A program made the position numbers and the translations under genes. A model generated the notes under the pieces. That model did no database searches and was not told the origin of the DNA. It was given only the letters and a program-made list of their open reading frames with translations. From Epithemia pelagica (lineage: Eukaryota > Protista > Bacillariophyta), in contig OX337228.1 in the NCBI GenBank assembly GCA_946965045.2, positions 4,154,001 through 4,218,000 on the forward strand: 64,000 nucleotides of DNA. Reading direction: 5' to 3'. The first letter of the stretch is position 1, and every line of letters starts with the position of its first letter. This document shows, in pieces, positions 1-10,590 of this stretch.

Positions 1-210
1 CCTAGAACTACAGATGTTGCCGAAAACCAGGGCTTGGTGATGCTCGGAGATGTCATCCTACCTAGTAGAGTTATCGACGACATCCGATTGCGATTTGGGG
101 CATGCAGAAAAAATACCTCCACCACCAGGCGATGAAATGGATATTCGTCCTACGACTCAGCAATTGTTTCTGCTAATGTATCCAAAGAGTCTTCATTCCT
201 TCCAAAAATA

Positions 211-1080
211 CTATTGACCCTTCCTATCACGTGAATTGACAAACTGCTCCTGCCAAGCCGCCAGATTCTCCTTCATTCGCTTGTTGAGCTTGCAAACAGG
301 CCGCTGAGGCTTGATGCCTTGATCAAAGGCTTCTTGCCAGGTCCTGAATAGGCCGGCCTTCACAAGACACGCGCACATGACAGTGGTGGATCGACCTCTA
401 CCATGGGCGCAATGGACAAGAACATCCCCGCCTTGGGAACTTGCGGTGAGTGCGAATGACGCGGCGTCTTCAAGTTGTTCAGGTGTAGCCGGAACCCCAT
501 CCCAAGTAGGAATGGAGAGGTAAGAACGTGTATTGTTGATACAACTTTCAGGAAACTCGACAGTTAAGTCAATGACACCGGCCCAATTCTTTCCTAGTTC
601 GTTGGAATTGCACCCTCCGACCCACCATCCTGGTTGTACCTCGGACGCCGGCGGGACCCTTTCACGAATAATTTTACCCTCTTTTTCAATCTTCTGCGTT
701 CCTGTCATCAGGTGAATATTTGTATACAAAATCGTCGGAATATGAAATGGGAAGAATAGTACGTAACTCCATAGCGAAACCGTCCCATGCTTGGTATTCT
801 TCCCCAGTATACCCATCCCTACTTCTAGTTTGAAAAGAACAGCGATGAGAGCATTCAGAACAGTGGAATATCCCAGCACAAGAGCTGGTACAGCACGCCA
901 AAGGGCAATGCTGTCATCCCTCCCATCGCTTCCATCGAAGATCCGACGAGTACCATGGCCCAACAAATCGTAAAGAGTGATTTTTGCTCCTGCATCATTC
1001 TTCATGAAAAGAGAGTATCCCACGTATGAAATGCCTGACAACGCAACATATTTCAACCAGACTCCATGAACAGTTCCCAT
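211..1080 (-). CDS. Dual-specificity/PTP-family phosphatase with N-terminal hydrophobic segments
   Basis: Intronless 289-aa ORF with the CX5R active-site loop (VLVHCAHGRGRSTT), an upstream acid loop (PTWDGVP) and the typical 'GVIDLTVEFPE' segment. The N-terminus has hydrophobic stretches. Confidence 0.85.
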   Translation of the reverse strand: MGTVHGVWLKYVALSGISYVGYSLFMKNDAGAKITLYDLLGHGTRRIFDGSDGRDDSIALWRAVPALVLGYSTVLNALIAVLFKLEVGMGILGKNTKHGTVSLWSYVLFFPFHIPTILYTNIHLMTGTQKIEKEGKIIRERVPPASEVQPGWWVGGCNSNELGKNWAGVIDLTVEFPESCINNTRSYLSIPTWDGVPATPEQLEDAASFALTASSQGGDVLVHCAHGRGRSTTVMCACLVKAGLFRTWQEAFDQGIKPQRPVCKLNKRMKENLAAWQEQFVNSRDRKGQ

Positions 1081-1550
1081 TGTATTTTTTCAATTGCAGG
1101 GACAGACAAACTAGTGTAAGTATCACTGCGATCTTCGATGATGCCGGATGGCGGATGGTGGTGTTGGGACGAACGTATTCCCACACTTTGACTCTAACCT
1201 CTGACCCCGATGAGAATCCCTCCACGTTACCATCTCGTCCCGCGTGTGCAGTCACGCATGCATAGCATATAAAACATAAGCCCCCAGAAGTCCTTTAAGA
1301 ATCCACGTACCAGACAAAATTTGATTAGCAGCAATTTGGCACGACTCGCGCTACTGGTATATGGAGGTGAAGAAGTAATATAAACGTCTGGCGAGCCGTT
1401 GTCAATCTTCGCTTATCCGGGTTAATTGGGAGAATCGCTCACACTTTGTAGAACGTTTCTGTCGACTTTCTTCTCATTAAAGCAAGACCATCAGGCTGCT
1501 GCTGGGATTTCTGGATTGCGGACGGTAGGTCGGTTTCGGTTTGTAGTACA

Positions 1551-2519
1551 ATGACCATGGCGCTCGTTGACAAGGAGAATCTTGAAACAAACTCTCCAAC
1601 AAAGACAGGATGGAAGCGTGGATTGTTGACCCCCAAAGAAGCATTCGAGGCAGAAGTTGACAAAGCCGACGCTTGCGCTCACGGCAGTGACGAAGCCAAG
1701 GCAGAGAGGGGACAGCGATGGAGCTTGAAAGATTTTGAAATTGGGAAACCGCTCGGAAGAGGCAAGTTTGGTTCTGTCTACCTTGCTCGTGAGAAAAGAA
1801 GCAAGTATATTGTAGCAATCAAGGTGCTTCAAAAATCACAGCTGCTCAAAGCGGGTGTCGAACACCAGTTAAGACGAGAAATTGAAATACAGAGCCATCT
1901 GCGACACCGAAATATCCTCCGTATGTACGGCTACTTCTATGACGCCAAGCGAATCTACCTTATCCTGGAGTACTCTCCAGGTGGTGAACTGTACAAACGT
2001 TTGACAGCTAAGGGGCGCTTTTCGGAGAAAGTGTCAGCGCGTTACATTTCTGATCTTTCCATGGCCCTTCAGTACTGCCATTTGAAACATGTGATTCATA
2101 GAGACATCAAACCAGAAAACTTGCTCATTGGAGCCTATCAAGAAGTAAAGATTGCTGACTTCGGATGGTCGGTTCATGCACCGACCTCTCGGCGCAATAC
2201 ACTTTGCGGTACGCTCGATTACCTTCCACCAGAAATGGTTGAAGGCCGCGAACATGACGAGCAAGTTGATGTGTGGAGTTTGGGGGTTCTGCTCTACGAA
2301 TTTTTGGTTGGAAACCCTCCATTCGAAGCGGAAGGCCACTCTGCCACATACCGACGCATTTCTCGTGTTGATTTGCGATTTCCTCGTGGTATTCCAGAGG
2401 ATGCCCAAGACCTCATCCGAAGACTCCTTGTAAAGGATCCAAGTAAACGGATGTCGTTGAGCAGTATTCCCACTCACCCCTGGATATTGCGCCATCTCAA
2501 AAACCACATCCGCCGATAA
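1551..2519 (+). CDS. AURK: Aurora kinase
   Basis: 322 aa. Contains [72 protein letters not shown], all Aurora-diagnostic. Confidence 0.97.
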   Translation: MTMALVDKENLETNSPTKTGWKRGLLTPKEAFEAEVDKADACAHGSDEAKAERGQRWSLKDFEIGKPLGRGKFGSVYLAREKRSKYIVAIKVLQKSQLLKAGVEHQLRREIEIQSHLRHRNILRMYGYFYDAKRIYLILEYSPGGELYKRLTAKGRFSEKVSARYISDLSMALQYCHLKHVIHRDIKPENLLIGAYQEVKIADFGWSVHAPTSRRNTLCGTLDYLPPEMVEGREHDEQVDVWSLGVLLYEFLVGNPPFEAEGHSATYRRISRVDLRFPRGIPEDAQDLIRRLLVKDPSKRMSLSSIPTHPWILRHLKNHIRR

Positions 2520-2968
2520 AACAATTTTCATTTTGACATATGAGTACTGAACCGATTTCGCTGCGATGTGACATCGTAGGTAAGGACGCTCTAGAAATAC
2601 ATCATCATCACTTTCTTTTGACATCGACCAACTATATGGCGATAGCCACATTTAAATAACGAGGTCCACAAACCTGTATCGAGCTTGGGGAATCGATACG
2701 AACATAAAAATCCAACACGTTTGCTCAACTAGTTCGCAAGATATAATGAACAAAGAAACGTTGTATTCACTATTCTTCAAGTTCTCGTAGAAAAATTGTT
2801 TCGACTAGACATAGCTCTTAAAAGCCGGGGTTCAATCCTTATTGAAATTGACGGCAACGAGATTCCCACGACCTTGACAGCAGATGAGGGAGGGGACTGA
2901 GAGTTGGACGCGAAGAAAAACGACGGGAACCATGGCAAACAAGGAAGGGTGTTTAGACCGCAGAGATC

Positions 2969-4312
2969 TTATGCCATGTCAAAATCCGAAAGTACCTGCT
3001 CCAGTGATTCAACAATTACATCTGCCATGTCATCAAAGTCCTTGTCGTCCCACATAAGCGGCATTCTCACATCACAAGCTCTTGAAAGCATAGCTACAGT
3101 TTTTGGAAGAGGGCTGTCAGCTGGCGCAAAACCCCAGTTCACAAAGTTTCTCGCATTGCTCTTGTGTCCAAACAGTTCCACGGGCAAACCATGGTCCTTG
3201 CATTCTTGCAGGAATGCTTCAATCATCTCTGGTGTGAATTTCTCATCCAAGTTAAATTGCATAGAATCATGTACCATTACCGAAACTTCAGGCGTCAGTT
3301 TTGGGATTGTAACGTGATCCTGCACCCGTCGTTCCAATGCTTTCTGCAGTCTAGTGTAGCGTGCGTTGTACTTGACAATTCGCGTCTCAAGCGTCTTTAT
3401 CTGTGGCCGAATGACAGATGCAGCCAAGTTGCTCATCCGAAGCGAGTAGTTTGGAATTGTTACTGGGTAGTCTTTGAAGTGTTCTCGGTCCGGCACCGTC
3501 ACGTGTTTGCTCGAGAGGGCTTCGTAAGCCCCTGCATAAACTGCCGTTTTTGCTGCAATGTCAGGGTTATCCGTCAAAAGGAAACCCCCTTCTCCTGAGT
3601 TGATCATTTTGTACGACTGGCTGCTGATGGCACAAGCCACCCCCATGTGCCCAGAATGCTGGTCTTTGTACCGCACACCGAGGGAGTGAGCACAGTCCTC
3701 CAACAAGATCGCGTCGTACGCATCGCAGAGATCTTTAACACCTTGCATATCAGCAAGCTTTCCCCGCATATGAGAAATCAAAACATGAGAACAATCGGGA
3801 TTCTCTGAAAGCTTTTTCTCCAAATCATCCAAATCAATCACCATATCCATGTTGGACTCCACGTAGACGGCCTTGCCCCCTGCATGTTCAATAGCAGATG
3901 GGACCGCTCCAAATGTGAATGCGTTAGAGATAACTTTATCGCCAGGTTTCAGTCCTGTGGTCTTCAGAAGAAGCATGAGTGCAGAACCGCACGAATTCAG
4001 TCCAATACAATACTTGTGCCCAGTGTATGCCGCAATTTCCATTTCACACTTGGACACAGCAGCTTCTTCTGCTTTCGCCACATTGTATCGATACAAGCGC
4101 CCTGTTTTCATTATTTCAAGAGCTTCCAGTTGGCCCTCCTCTGGAATGGGATCCGGCAACTTAATGTCCCTGCTAACAAATGTTCTTTCTTTTCTCAAAA
4201 GATTCGATGTCTGAGATTTAACAGCTACGTCGGCGACCGGACTTGTCAACAGGGCATTGGAAGTGGTCACCTGAGCACACAAAAGTGCACAAACTGAAAT
4301 AAGAGAATACAT
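2969..4312 (-). CDS. DegT/DnrJ/EryC1/StrS-family PLP-dependent aminotransferase with N-terminal signal peptide
   Basis: 447 aa, intronless. Motifs GLNSCGSAL, LLEDCAHSLG, SSQSYKMINSGEGG (PLP lysine) and NYSLRMSNL. Hydrophobic leader MYSLISVCALLCAQVTTSNA. Confidence 0.9.
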   Translation of the reverse strand: MYSLISVCALLCAQVTTSNALLTSPVADVAVKSQTSNLLRKERTFVSRDIKLPDPIPEEGQLEALEIMKTGRLYRYNVAKAEEAAVSKCEMEIAAYTGHKYCIGLNSCGSALMLLLKTTGLKPGDKVISNAFTFGAVPSAIEHAGGKAVYVESNMDMVIDLDDLEKKLSENPDCSHVLISHMRGKLADMQGVKDLCDAYDAILLEDCAHSLGVRYKDQHSGHMGVACAISSQSYKMINSGEGGFLLTDNPDIAAKTAVYAGAYEALSSKHVTVPDREHFKDYPVTIPNYSLRMSNLAASVIRPQIKTLETRIVKYNARYTRLQKALERRVQDHVTIPKLTPEVSVMVHDSMQFNLDEKFTPEMIEAFLQECKDHGLPVELFGHKSNARNFVNWGFAPADSPLPKTVAMLSRACDVRMPLMWDDKDFDDMADVIVESLEQVLSDFDMA

Positions 4313-4988
4313 GATGCCTGCTAAGTAGAAGAAGACATGGAGACGATTGTTTGTGAGTATGTTGGGAATGGAACACGTCGACCAAACATGTAAAGCATCG
4401 CCATCGTCGCCTGGGTGACCAATTCAAATGGTTCGAGCATTCGCATTTCCTTGTATGCTTTGCCTTCAAGCTTATACAGACTGAAATGGCGTCGTTCGAC
4501 AAACTCACGGGCCGTCGTGATGTCGTCGACGAACTTGACACTTGACTGAGACGCAATACAATAGGACCTTGATGAACCACATTGCCTGACAGGTTCCATT
4601 TCTTGACATCGTGGGCTCACTCACCTCCACTACTGTGTGGTCTTCTTCAGACAAACAATGGTTGGCCTTCGAATGAGCTGATGAATGTGCATCCACAGAC
4701 AATGTTTCGATGATCGACGCATCGGTCGGTGATGTTTGTTGTTTTTGCAAATTACGTGGCTAACGATGTCTTCCAATGTATCATTGCTCATCTTGCAGAT
4801 TCAATCGCTCAGGATTGGCTTCTCTTTTTCGGGAAAGATGACGCGCGACCAACATAGATGACGAGTGACGAGGATGACATCACCAGCTGTACTTCAGACA
4901 GACATGATATGCGACCCTTTGTGCGATCCATGTTCATCTCGGGAATCGGGAACGCGGAGCGCGGAGGGAAGTCCAAGTCCCATCGACA

Positions 4989-5789
4989 ATGGTGGCAGCG
5001 ACTGCTGTAGCCGATTTGGCTGCCCAAGCGCTAAAAGAAGTCGCTTCGTCACAGTTACAGCCTAACCCCCCACTTCCGCTGCCCACAGGATGGCTTTTGA
5101 AAGAATCGAGATCCCAACCCAATGCGTACTATTACTACAACCAAGACACTGGAGAATCCAGGTGGGATCCGCCAGTGGAAATGCTCCGCGCTCCGCCGGC
5201 GATCATTGAAAGGGATCAAAATGAAGAGAAAAACAAGAGCTTTATGGATTCCATGGATCATTCTTCCAAAGCCGATGGCATGAATCACGCAGCCGTCAAA
5301 ATGGAGTCACACGCGGGAATGTCAAACGAGCGAAAGCGTCCCTTTGATGTTTCGAATGCTTCCGAACGAGTAATCAAGAATGAAGACATCAAACCGTCGG
5401 TTGACAAAAAACGACGAACTGCCCCGACGCAGGTTCGTGTTTTGCATATTTTGAAAAAGCACAAGGATTCACGCCGTCCCAGCAGTTGGCGGACCAACAA
5501 TAAGCCGATTACGGTAACACGCGAGGAAGCAGTCGAGGAATTAAGGGGCCTCTTGGACATTCTAAGAGAGGAAGAATCTAATCCGGAAAATTTGATTGCA
5601 ACCTTCAAAGAACTTGCCAGTCAAGAATCCGATTGTAGCTCTGCGAAGCGGAATGGTGATCTTGGTATGTTTGGCCGTAAGAAAATGCGGCCAGAGTTTG
5701 AGACAGCGGCGTTTGACTTGGACATCAACCAGCTCTCAGATGTCGTTGAAACAGCAAGTGGGGCTCATATATTGCTTAGGCTGGAGTGA
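4989..5789 (+). CDS. PIN1: Pin1/Ess1-type peptidyl-prolyl isomerase (WW + parvulin domains)
   Basis: WW domain LPTGWLLKESRSQPNAYYYYNQDTGESRWDPP. Parvulin domain HILKKHKDSRRPSSWR...SDCSSAKRNGDLGMFGRKKMRPEFETAAF...SGAHIL. Confidence 0.95.
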   Translation: MVAATAVADLAAQALKEVASSQLQPNPPLPLPTGWLLKESRSQPNAYYYYNQDTGESRWDPPVEMLRAPPAIIERDQNEEKNKSFMDSMDHSSKADGMNHAAVKMESHAGMSNERKRPFDVSNASERVIKNEDIKPSVDKKRRTAPTQVRVLHILKKHKDSRRPSSWRTNNKPITVTREEAVEELRGLLDILREEESNPENLIATFKELASQESDCSSAKRNGDLGMFGRKKMRPEFETAAFDLDINQLSDVVETASGAHILLRLE

Positions 5790-6130
5790 AGAGGGTGGCA
5801 ATAGAGCGTTGCTAACTATGATGATGTTGACTTAGAGGAGTACCCACGAAGGTACCGTTACCTAGAGCCGTAGATTCAATATGCTACTCCTACCACAAAC
5901 CACAAAAGCTGCGAGTAGGTAGCTCGATGAGAAGAGATGACGTCATAATCTTCCGAGTACGGCGCAACAGACAGACTTCAACATCACACCACATTGCGAC
6001 ATGGCGCCTGCACACGGACAGAAACAACTGAGGAATGGTGCACATTCTCAAGTTGGGAGAATGCGAAGACTCTCATAGAACCGACGGTGACCCTGAAACA
6101 ACCATAAACTCAACCGAAAAGTAAAGTAGG

Positions 6131-7474
6131 ATGATGCTGGCTGTACGGACGGTTGCGGCGCTTTTAGTTCTCCGTGTCGGTTGGAATGAACATGTTGCTG
6201 TCTCAGCTACCATTGTGCCACATTGTTTCAACGATGAGTCGGAACAGCATGTTTGCGGACAGAATATTTCCGCACCCAACGTATCAGTGCCATCTACGTT
6301 TGACGCGGAACAAATGTTTGAGAATTGTCTTGCCGAAGATTATGACGAGATTGATCCAGGAGTGCTTCCGCGAAGTGTTACCGTTCTGAAAAGGCGCGGA
6401 GCCCACCATTCATGGCATAAACATTCAACGTTTCTCCAGCATCTTGTGGGTGTTCATAACATTTTACATTTGTGGGGACATGGGTTGGCGATCGGCCGAG
6501 TAGGACTGTTCCACTCAGCGTACTCAAACTCCTATGTCAACCTTGCCCTGTTCGATCCAAACGTGGAAAGTGAACGAAAGCTTGTACAGGATTTGATTGG
6601 ATCAAAAGCAGAAGATTTGGTACACATGTTTTGCATCATCGATAGGCAAGAAGTTGTTATCAATACTTTATTGAAAAATGGTTTCATACCGAAGGGAGGC
6701 CTAACCGTACCACACATAAGAAATGCCTCTGAACACATCTATCTGTCACCGGAAACGTTGCGCATGTTGCTCGTCTTCACCATGGCTGACACGGCTGATC
6801 AATACTTTGGCTGGCAAGACCAAATGTTTGGAGGCGGGGGATACAAGGGTAGTATGATTATTCCGGGACAAGATAATGAAGAAAATCATCGATCAACTTC
6901 GGTTTGGCCTGGCTTGTCGCGACCGGGTCTATGGATGAGCTATCTCTCTGAACTAGGGCGAGTCGCTCGAACGTTCCGGCCAGAATGGAGGCGGCAAGGG
7001 GAAGAAGACCTTGATTCCAGAAGTGATGAGCCCGTGTTGAATTTTCCACCAGTTTTCGATAACTGCACCAAGGTCCTCTCTGTGGAGGATGAAGCCGAAG
7101 CCATCGATTTGTACTGGAGTGTCATGTCCAAAGAGAGCCATCCCGAATCGGATGAGGATCTACGCAGAGAAACGGAGAACGACATTGCAGCGTTAAATTC
7201 TTGCATTGCCAAGAACCCTTGGATATTTGAGCCTCACGTCCTGCTAGCTCAGAAACACTTGCATCTGAACCATTTTACCCAGGCGGAACAAGCACTCCAA
7301 CGAGCTCTAAAAATCCAAGTTCAATGGGGGACCCCATGGGACAAGCGGCTTTCTTTTGGTGCATGGGTAGCCTGGACACGAGTTCTTCTTCTAAGAGCAA
7401 AAGAACACAAACCGTGGCCTCGGAACGCCTGGGAAGTGAACAACCAAGGTCTAGTTCAAATCACCGACATTTAG
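6131..7474 (+). CDS. DUF6817-like (HD-like) domain protein with signal peptide and C-terminal TPR-like helix pair
   Basis: 447-aa ORF. FLQHLVGVHNILHLWG...GLFHSAYSNSYV resembles DUF6817 proteins. Hydrophobic N-terminus; TPR-like EPHVLLAQKHLHLNHFTQAEQALQRAL. Confidence 0.7.
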   Translation: MMLAVRTVAALLVLRVGWNEHVAVSATIVPHCFNDESEQHVCGQNISAPNVSVPSTFDAEQMFENCLAEDYDEIDPGVLPRSVTVLKRRGAHHSWHKHSTFLQHLVGVHNILHLWGHGLAIGRVGLFHSAYSNSYVNLALFDPNVESERKLVQDLIGSKAEDLVHMFCIIDRQEVVINTLLKNGFIPKGGLTVPHIRNASEHIYLSPETLRMLLVFTMADTADQYFGWQDQMFGGGGYKGSMIIPGQDNEENHRSTSVWPGLSRPGLWMSYLSELGRVARTFRPEWRRQGEEDLDSRSDEPVLNFPPVFDNCTKVLSVEDEAEAIDLYWSVMSKESHPESDEDLRRETENDIAALNSCIAKNPWIFEPHVLLAQKHLHLNHFTQAEQALQRALKIQVQWGTPWDKRLSFGAWVAWTRVLLLRAKEHKPWPRNAWEVNNQGLVQITDI

Positions 7475-7701
7475 CTTCCTTTGTTCGGTGACGGATTCTT
7501 GGACCTTGCTAAGGCGTCAAAAATCAAGATTCCCCACAAGTTTCTATATTATATGCAAGATTGTCAATAATGAAGTAGTTGTTTACACTTTCGTTAGAGT
7601 ATGAGTGATCTACTGATATCCGTCGCCGCAACATGTCCTATACTTGACCCACAAAAATTAGTTTCGTTGAACATAATGATCACTGACTAATCGGCAAGAA
7701 C

Positions 7702-9244
7702 TTATGCTGTCTTCTTCTCCTCGATTGACTCATCCTCGTCATCTTCTCTATCTTTTCCAGTAGCCTTGGCATCCTTATCCTCCTTCTTGTCGTTTTTCTT
7801 TGAACCAAACAGTTTTTCAAATGCTGACTTCGCAAAGCCACCTTCCTTCTTTTTCTTCTCAGTCTTTGGAGAAGGGTTGTCAAATTGTTGGAGTAACTCT
7901 TCTTGCTCTTTTGTAATATTCTTTGGAATTTTGACGGCAACATGGACAATGTGGTCACCCTTCCTTGATCCATTTAGCTCCACAATACCCTTTCGACGAA
8001 GCATGAGCTTGGTATCAGGTTGACACCCTCTCGGGATTTTGAGTTCGACTTCGCCGTCCAAAGTCTTCACATCGACAGTCCCACCGAGAATAGCTTGAAC
8101 AAAACTGATCTCAGTTTGAGTATGGACGTCTGTTCCTTCTCGTTGGAAGTAATCATCTTGATCTACTATCACCTGTACGAGTAAATTGCCCTTGGGGGCA
8201 CCTGGGTCCCCTTCTGCACCTTGTCCTTGCAAGCGTAGGTTCATTCCATGGTCGATTCCAGCTGGTACTTTAACCTTAACATCTCGTTCCTTTGTAACAA
8301 CTTCATCTGATTTGTGATCCACTACCTGATATCGCAATTTCAAATCCTTTTCTGTTCCGAATACCGCCTCACGGAAGCTGAGACGTACATGCATTTGGAG
8401 GTCAGAACCTCTTCTAGGACCACGATTCCGTCGTCTGCCACCTCGGCCACCGCCTCCAAAAAACATTTCAAAAATTTCTTCTGCGTCAATCTCAGGACCA
8501 CCTCCGCGTCCTCCTCCTCCACCACCAGAAAAGTGAAAGGCTCCATCTTTGAAATCAAAGCCTTCGAACCCCTCAAAGGGATTCGCACCCTGGAAGTTGG
8601 GGTCCACACCTGCATGGCCAAATTGGTCATACATTTGTCGCTGCTTGTCGTCGGAGAGAACCTCGTAGGCTTCGGTTGCCTCCTTGAACTTATCGGCAGC
8701 CTTTTCGTCACCCTGTTCGAAGAAAAACAAAAGAACAGAAGAACCAAGATCGACAATGAATGAGTATCGAATAGAGAAAGAAGTACCATCTCCATCCTGT
8801 ATTTGCAGCCTCTAAAGGACGAACCTTGTTGGTGTCTGGATGATACTGTTTGGCAAGTTTGAAGTACGCCTTCTTAATTGTTCCCTTATCGGCACCCTTA
8901 TCCACTCCAAGCACTTTGTAGAAGTCTCGTTTGGAATCCGAAGAAAAGCAACGGCATCCTCCAATAGACGACGTAGACGATCGCAACGAGAAGGACGAAC
9001 GGAAGTTGCGGTTGGCGATCGTGTTGCCCACGGTGGCAGTGGTATGAAGGGATCGTTGATGATGTTTGTGCGGTCCCCATTGACATGCTTGATCTGCACC
9101 ACCACTACCATCAACCACCATCATGATACGCGAAGATACATGTGGATGGGCCGTCGCCACAGAGGGTCCGAATCTTTGTTGCGAATGCCGTTGCGCACTC
9201 AAAGTGGCATTCAGGAGACTCTTGGTTATCTTGGAGGGCGGCAT
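7702..9244 (-). CDS. DnaJ/Hsp40 co-chaperone, probably mitochondrial; 2 exons (9244-8825, 8712-7702), 476 aa
   Basis: J domain DFYKVLGV...[18 protein letters not shown]|[21 protein letters not shown] joined across a 112-nt GT-AG intron, then a G/F region and DnaJ C-terminal domains. Arg/Ser-rich presequence ending CRCFSS. Confidence 0.92.
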
Positions 9245-9672
9245 GGCAAACAACTTGGATCAGCCAAGCAGGGAATCGCTGGTACCCAAAGAGTTCTGCT
9301 TTCCAAGACAGTTTTATCTAAAGGCAGAGCTGCAAAAGAATGAAGGGCGAAGTTTTCTGAACATTTTGTTCGATTCTCTGTGTTCGATGGTGGTCGATTG
9401 CGGTTTGTCCCTCGCTGTCTTAGGGAAAGAACGTACGCGGACAGACGATGCACATGGTTCAGTCCCGTCATAAACGTGACACGTTCTGATTGGTTCCATG
9501 CATCCAACCATGATGCAGAAAACTCTGTGAAGGTGACGTCACGTGGCCCATTGCCCATGGAGGCCGCATGTTCTGTATCCAGAATTCCGTGGCAGAAAAT
9601 CCAAACGACTTTTCGCCTCTTCCATGTTGGAGAGATTGGCACATTGGACCGGCACATTGGACCACGACTACA

Positions 9673-10077
9673 ATGAGATCTGTGATGAATCGTATGTTGC
9701 TGCAATCCATTCTGGTTGTGTGCTCTGTTTTCCTTGGCGGAGTAGAGGCTTTTTCGGTAGGGGTTCCCACGACACCGCGAAGCTCTCGTTTGTTTCAAGC
9801 GGATACATGGGAAGGGGATAACTCGGCCGTCGGTGGTGGTGTGGGATCTTTGCAACAAATTGAATTCAAGATTTATCCGGATGGGCGTGTGGAAGAAACG
9901 GTCCATGGTGTCAAGGGTGGCAAGTGTCTCGGTGTAACGGAGAAGATCAATGAAGTGTTGGGAGAAGTGGTGGCCAGCCAACCCACAGAAGAAATGTACG
10001 AACAAGAGATCGTGACAGATCAAACATTGTATCAAAGTACTTCAGACTCGGAATGGGAAGGTAGCTCGTCTTGGTAG
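9673..10077 (+). CDS. Plastid-targeted DUF2997-like protein
   Basis: Signal peptide followed by VEA-FSV (ASAFAP-like cleavage site) and a transit peptide. C-terminal domain QIEFKIYPDGRVEETVHGVKGGKCLGVTEKINEVLGEV resembles cyanobacterial DUF2997. Start placed at the first ATG (9673; 9685 is an alternative). Confidence 0.75.
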   Translation: MRSVMNRMLLQSILVVCSVFLGGVEAFSVGVPTTPRSSRLFQADTWEGDNSAVGGGVGSLQQIEFKIYPDGRVEETVHGVKGGKCLGVTEKINEVLGEVVASQPTEEMYEQEIVTDQTLYQSTSDSEWEGSSSW

Positions 10078-10590
10078 AAAGGATGTGGTCAGAACACAAT
10101 CATTCTTTCATCTGATCAAGAAGTGAACTCTTTCCTGGTTGTTGGACGTCCCACCCTGTTCCATGCCCATATGATTAGTTGAAAAGCCGCATAGAGACTG
10201 CACCGTTGCCGTGAAGGTGAATCTGCAAACATAGTGCAGAGTTAAGGCTATTTGGAGGAGGATTTTAGAAAAAGTCAACTTACTTCAAACTCATTGTTGT
10301 CCCTCTAGCTAGGAGTACCTAGAGAGCACATTGAGATGTCCCTAGCTCAAAGTCATAATAGGAGTAAGGTTAGCAATGGATTCGTTGGGATACGTGGCGC
10401 GCGTGCCACTTCTTGGCGGGAGGACTGGTCCGGCTTGTCCCCCGACCGATCTTGTTCAGAACCGAACGATCACTTTTTTCTCGGCATCGCACCTCTTGAC
10501 AGAAGACGTACCATTTACCATTGTCGCTACCTCAAACTTGAACTACCTAGAAAGAAGTCTCTTTCGACTGTCAGCTCCGTATAGCGCACA

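Noticed and set aside
1-135. Open frame at the window edge (PRTTDVAENQGLVMLGDVILPSRV...TRR*), possibly the 3' end of an upstream gene
   Set aside because: Only 44 codons, with no recognisable motif. It cannot be judged without upstream sequence.
2800-2845. GGTTCAATCC, resembling a tRNA T-loop
   Set aside because: The flanking bases do not form a 5-bp T-stem, and no acceptor or anticodon arms are present.
9226-10035. 269-aa minus-strand ORF
   Set aside because: It is antisense to the DUF2997 gene and spans the promoter. It has no motifs and a non-ATG start, so it is a shadow ORF.
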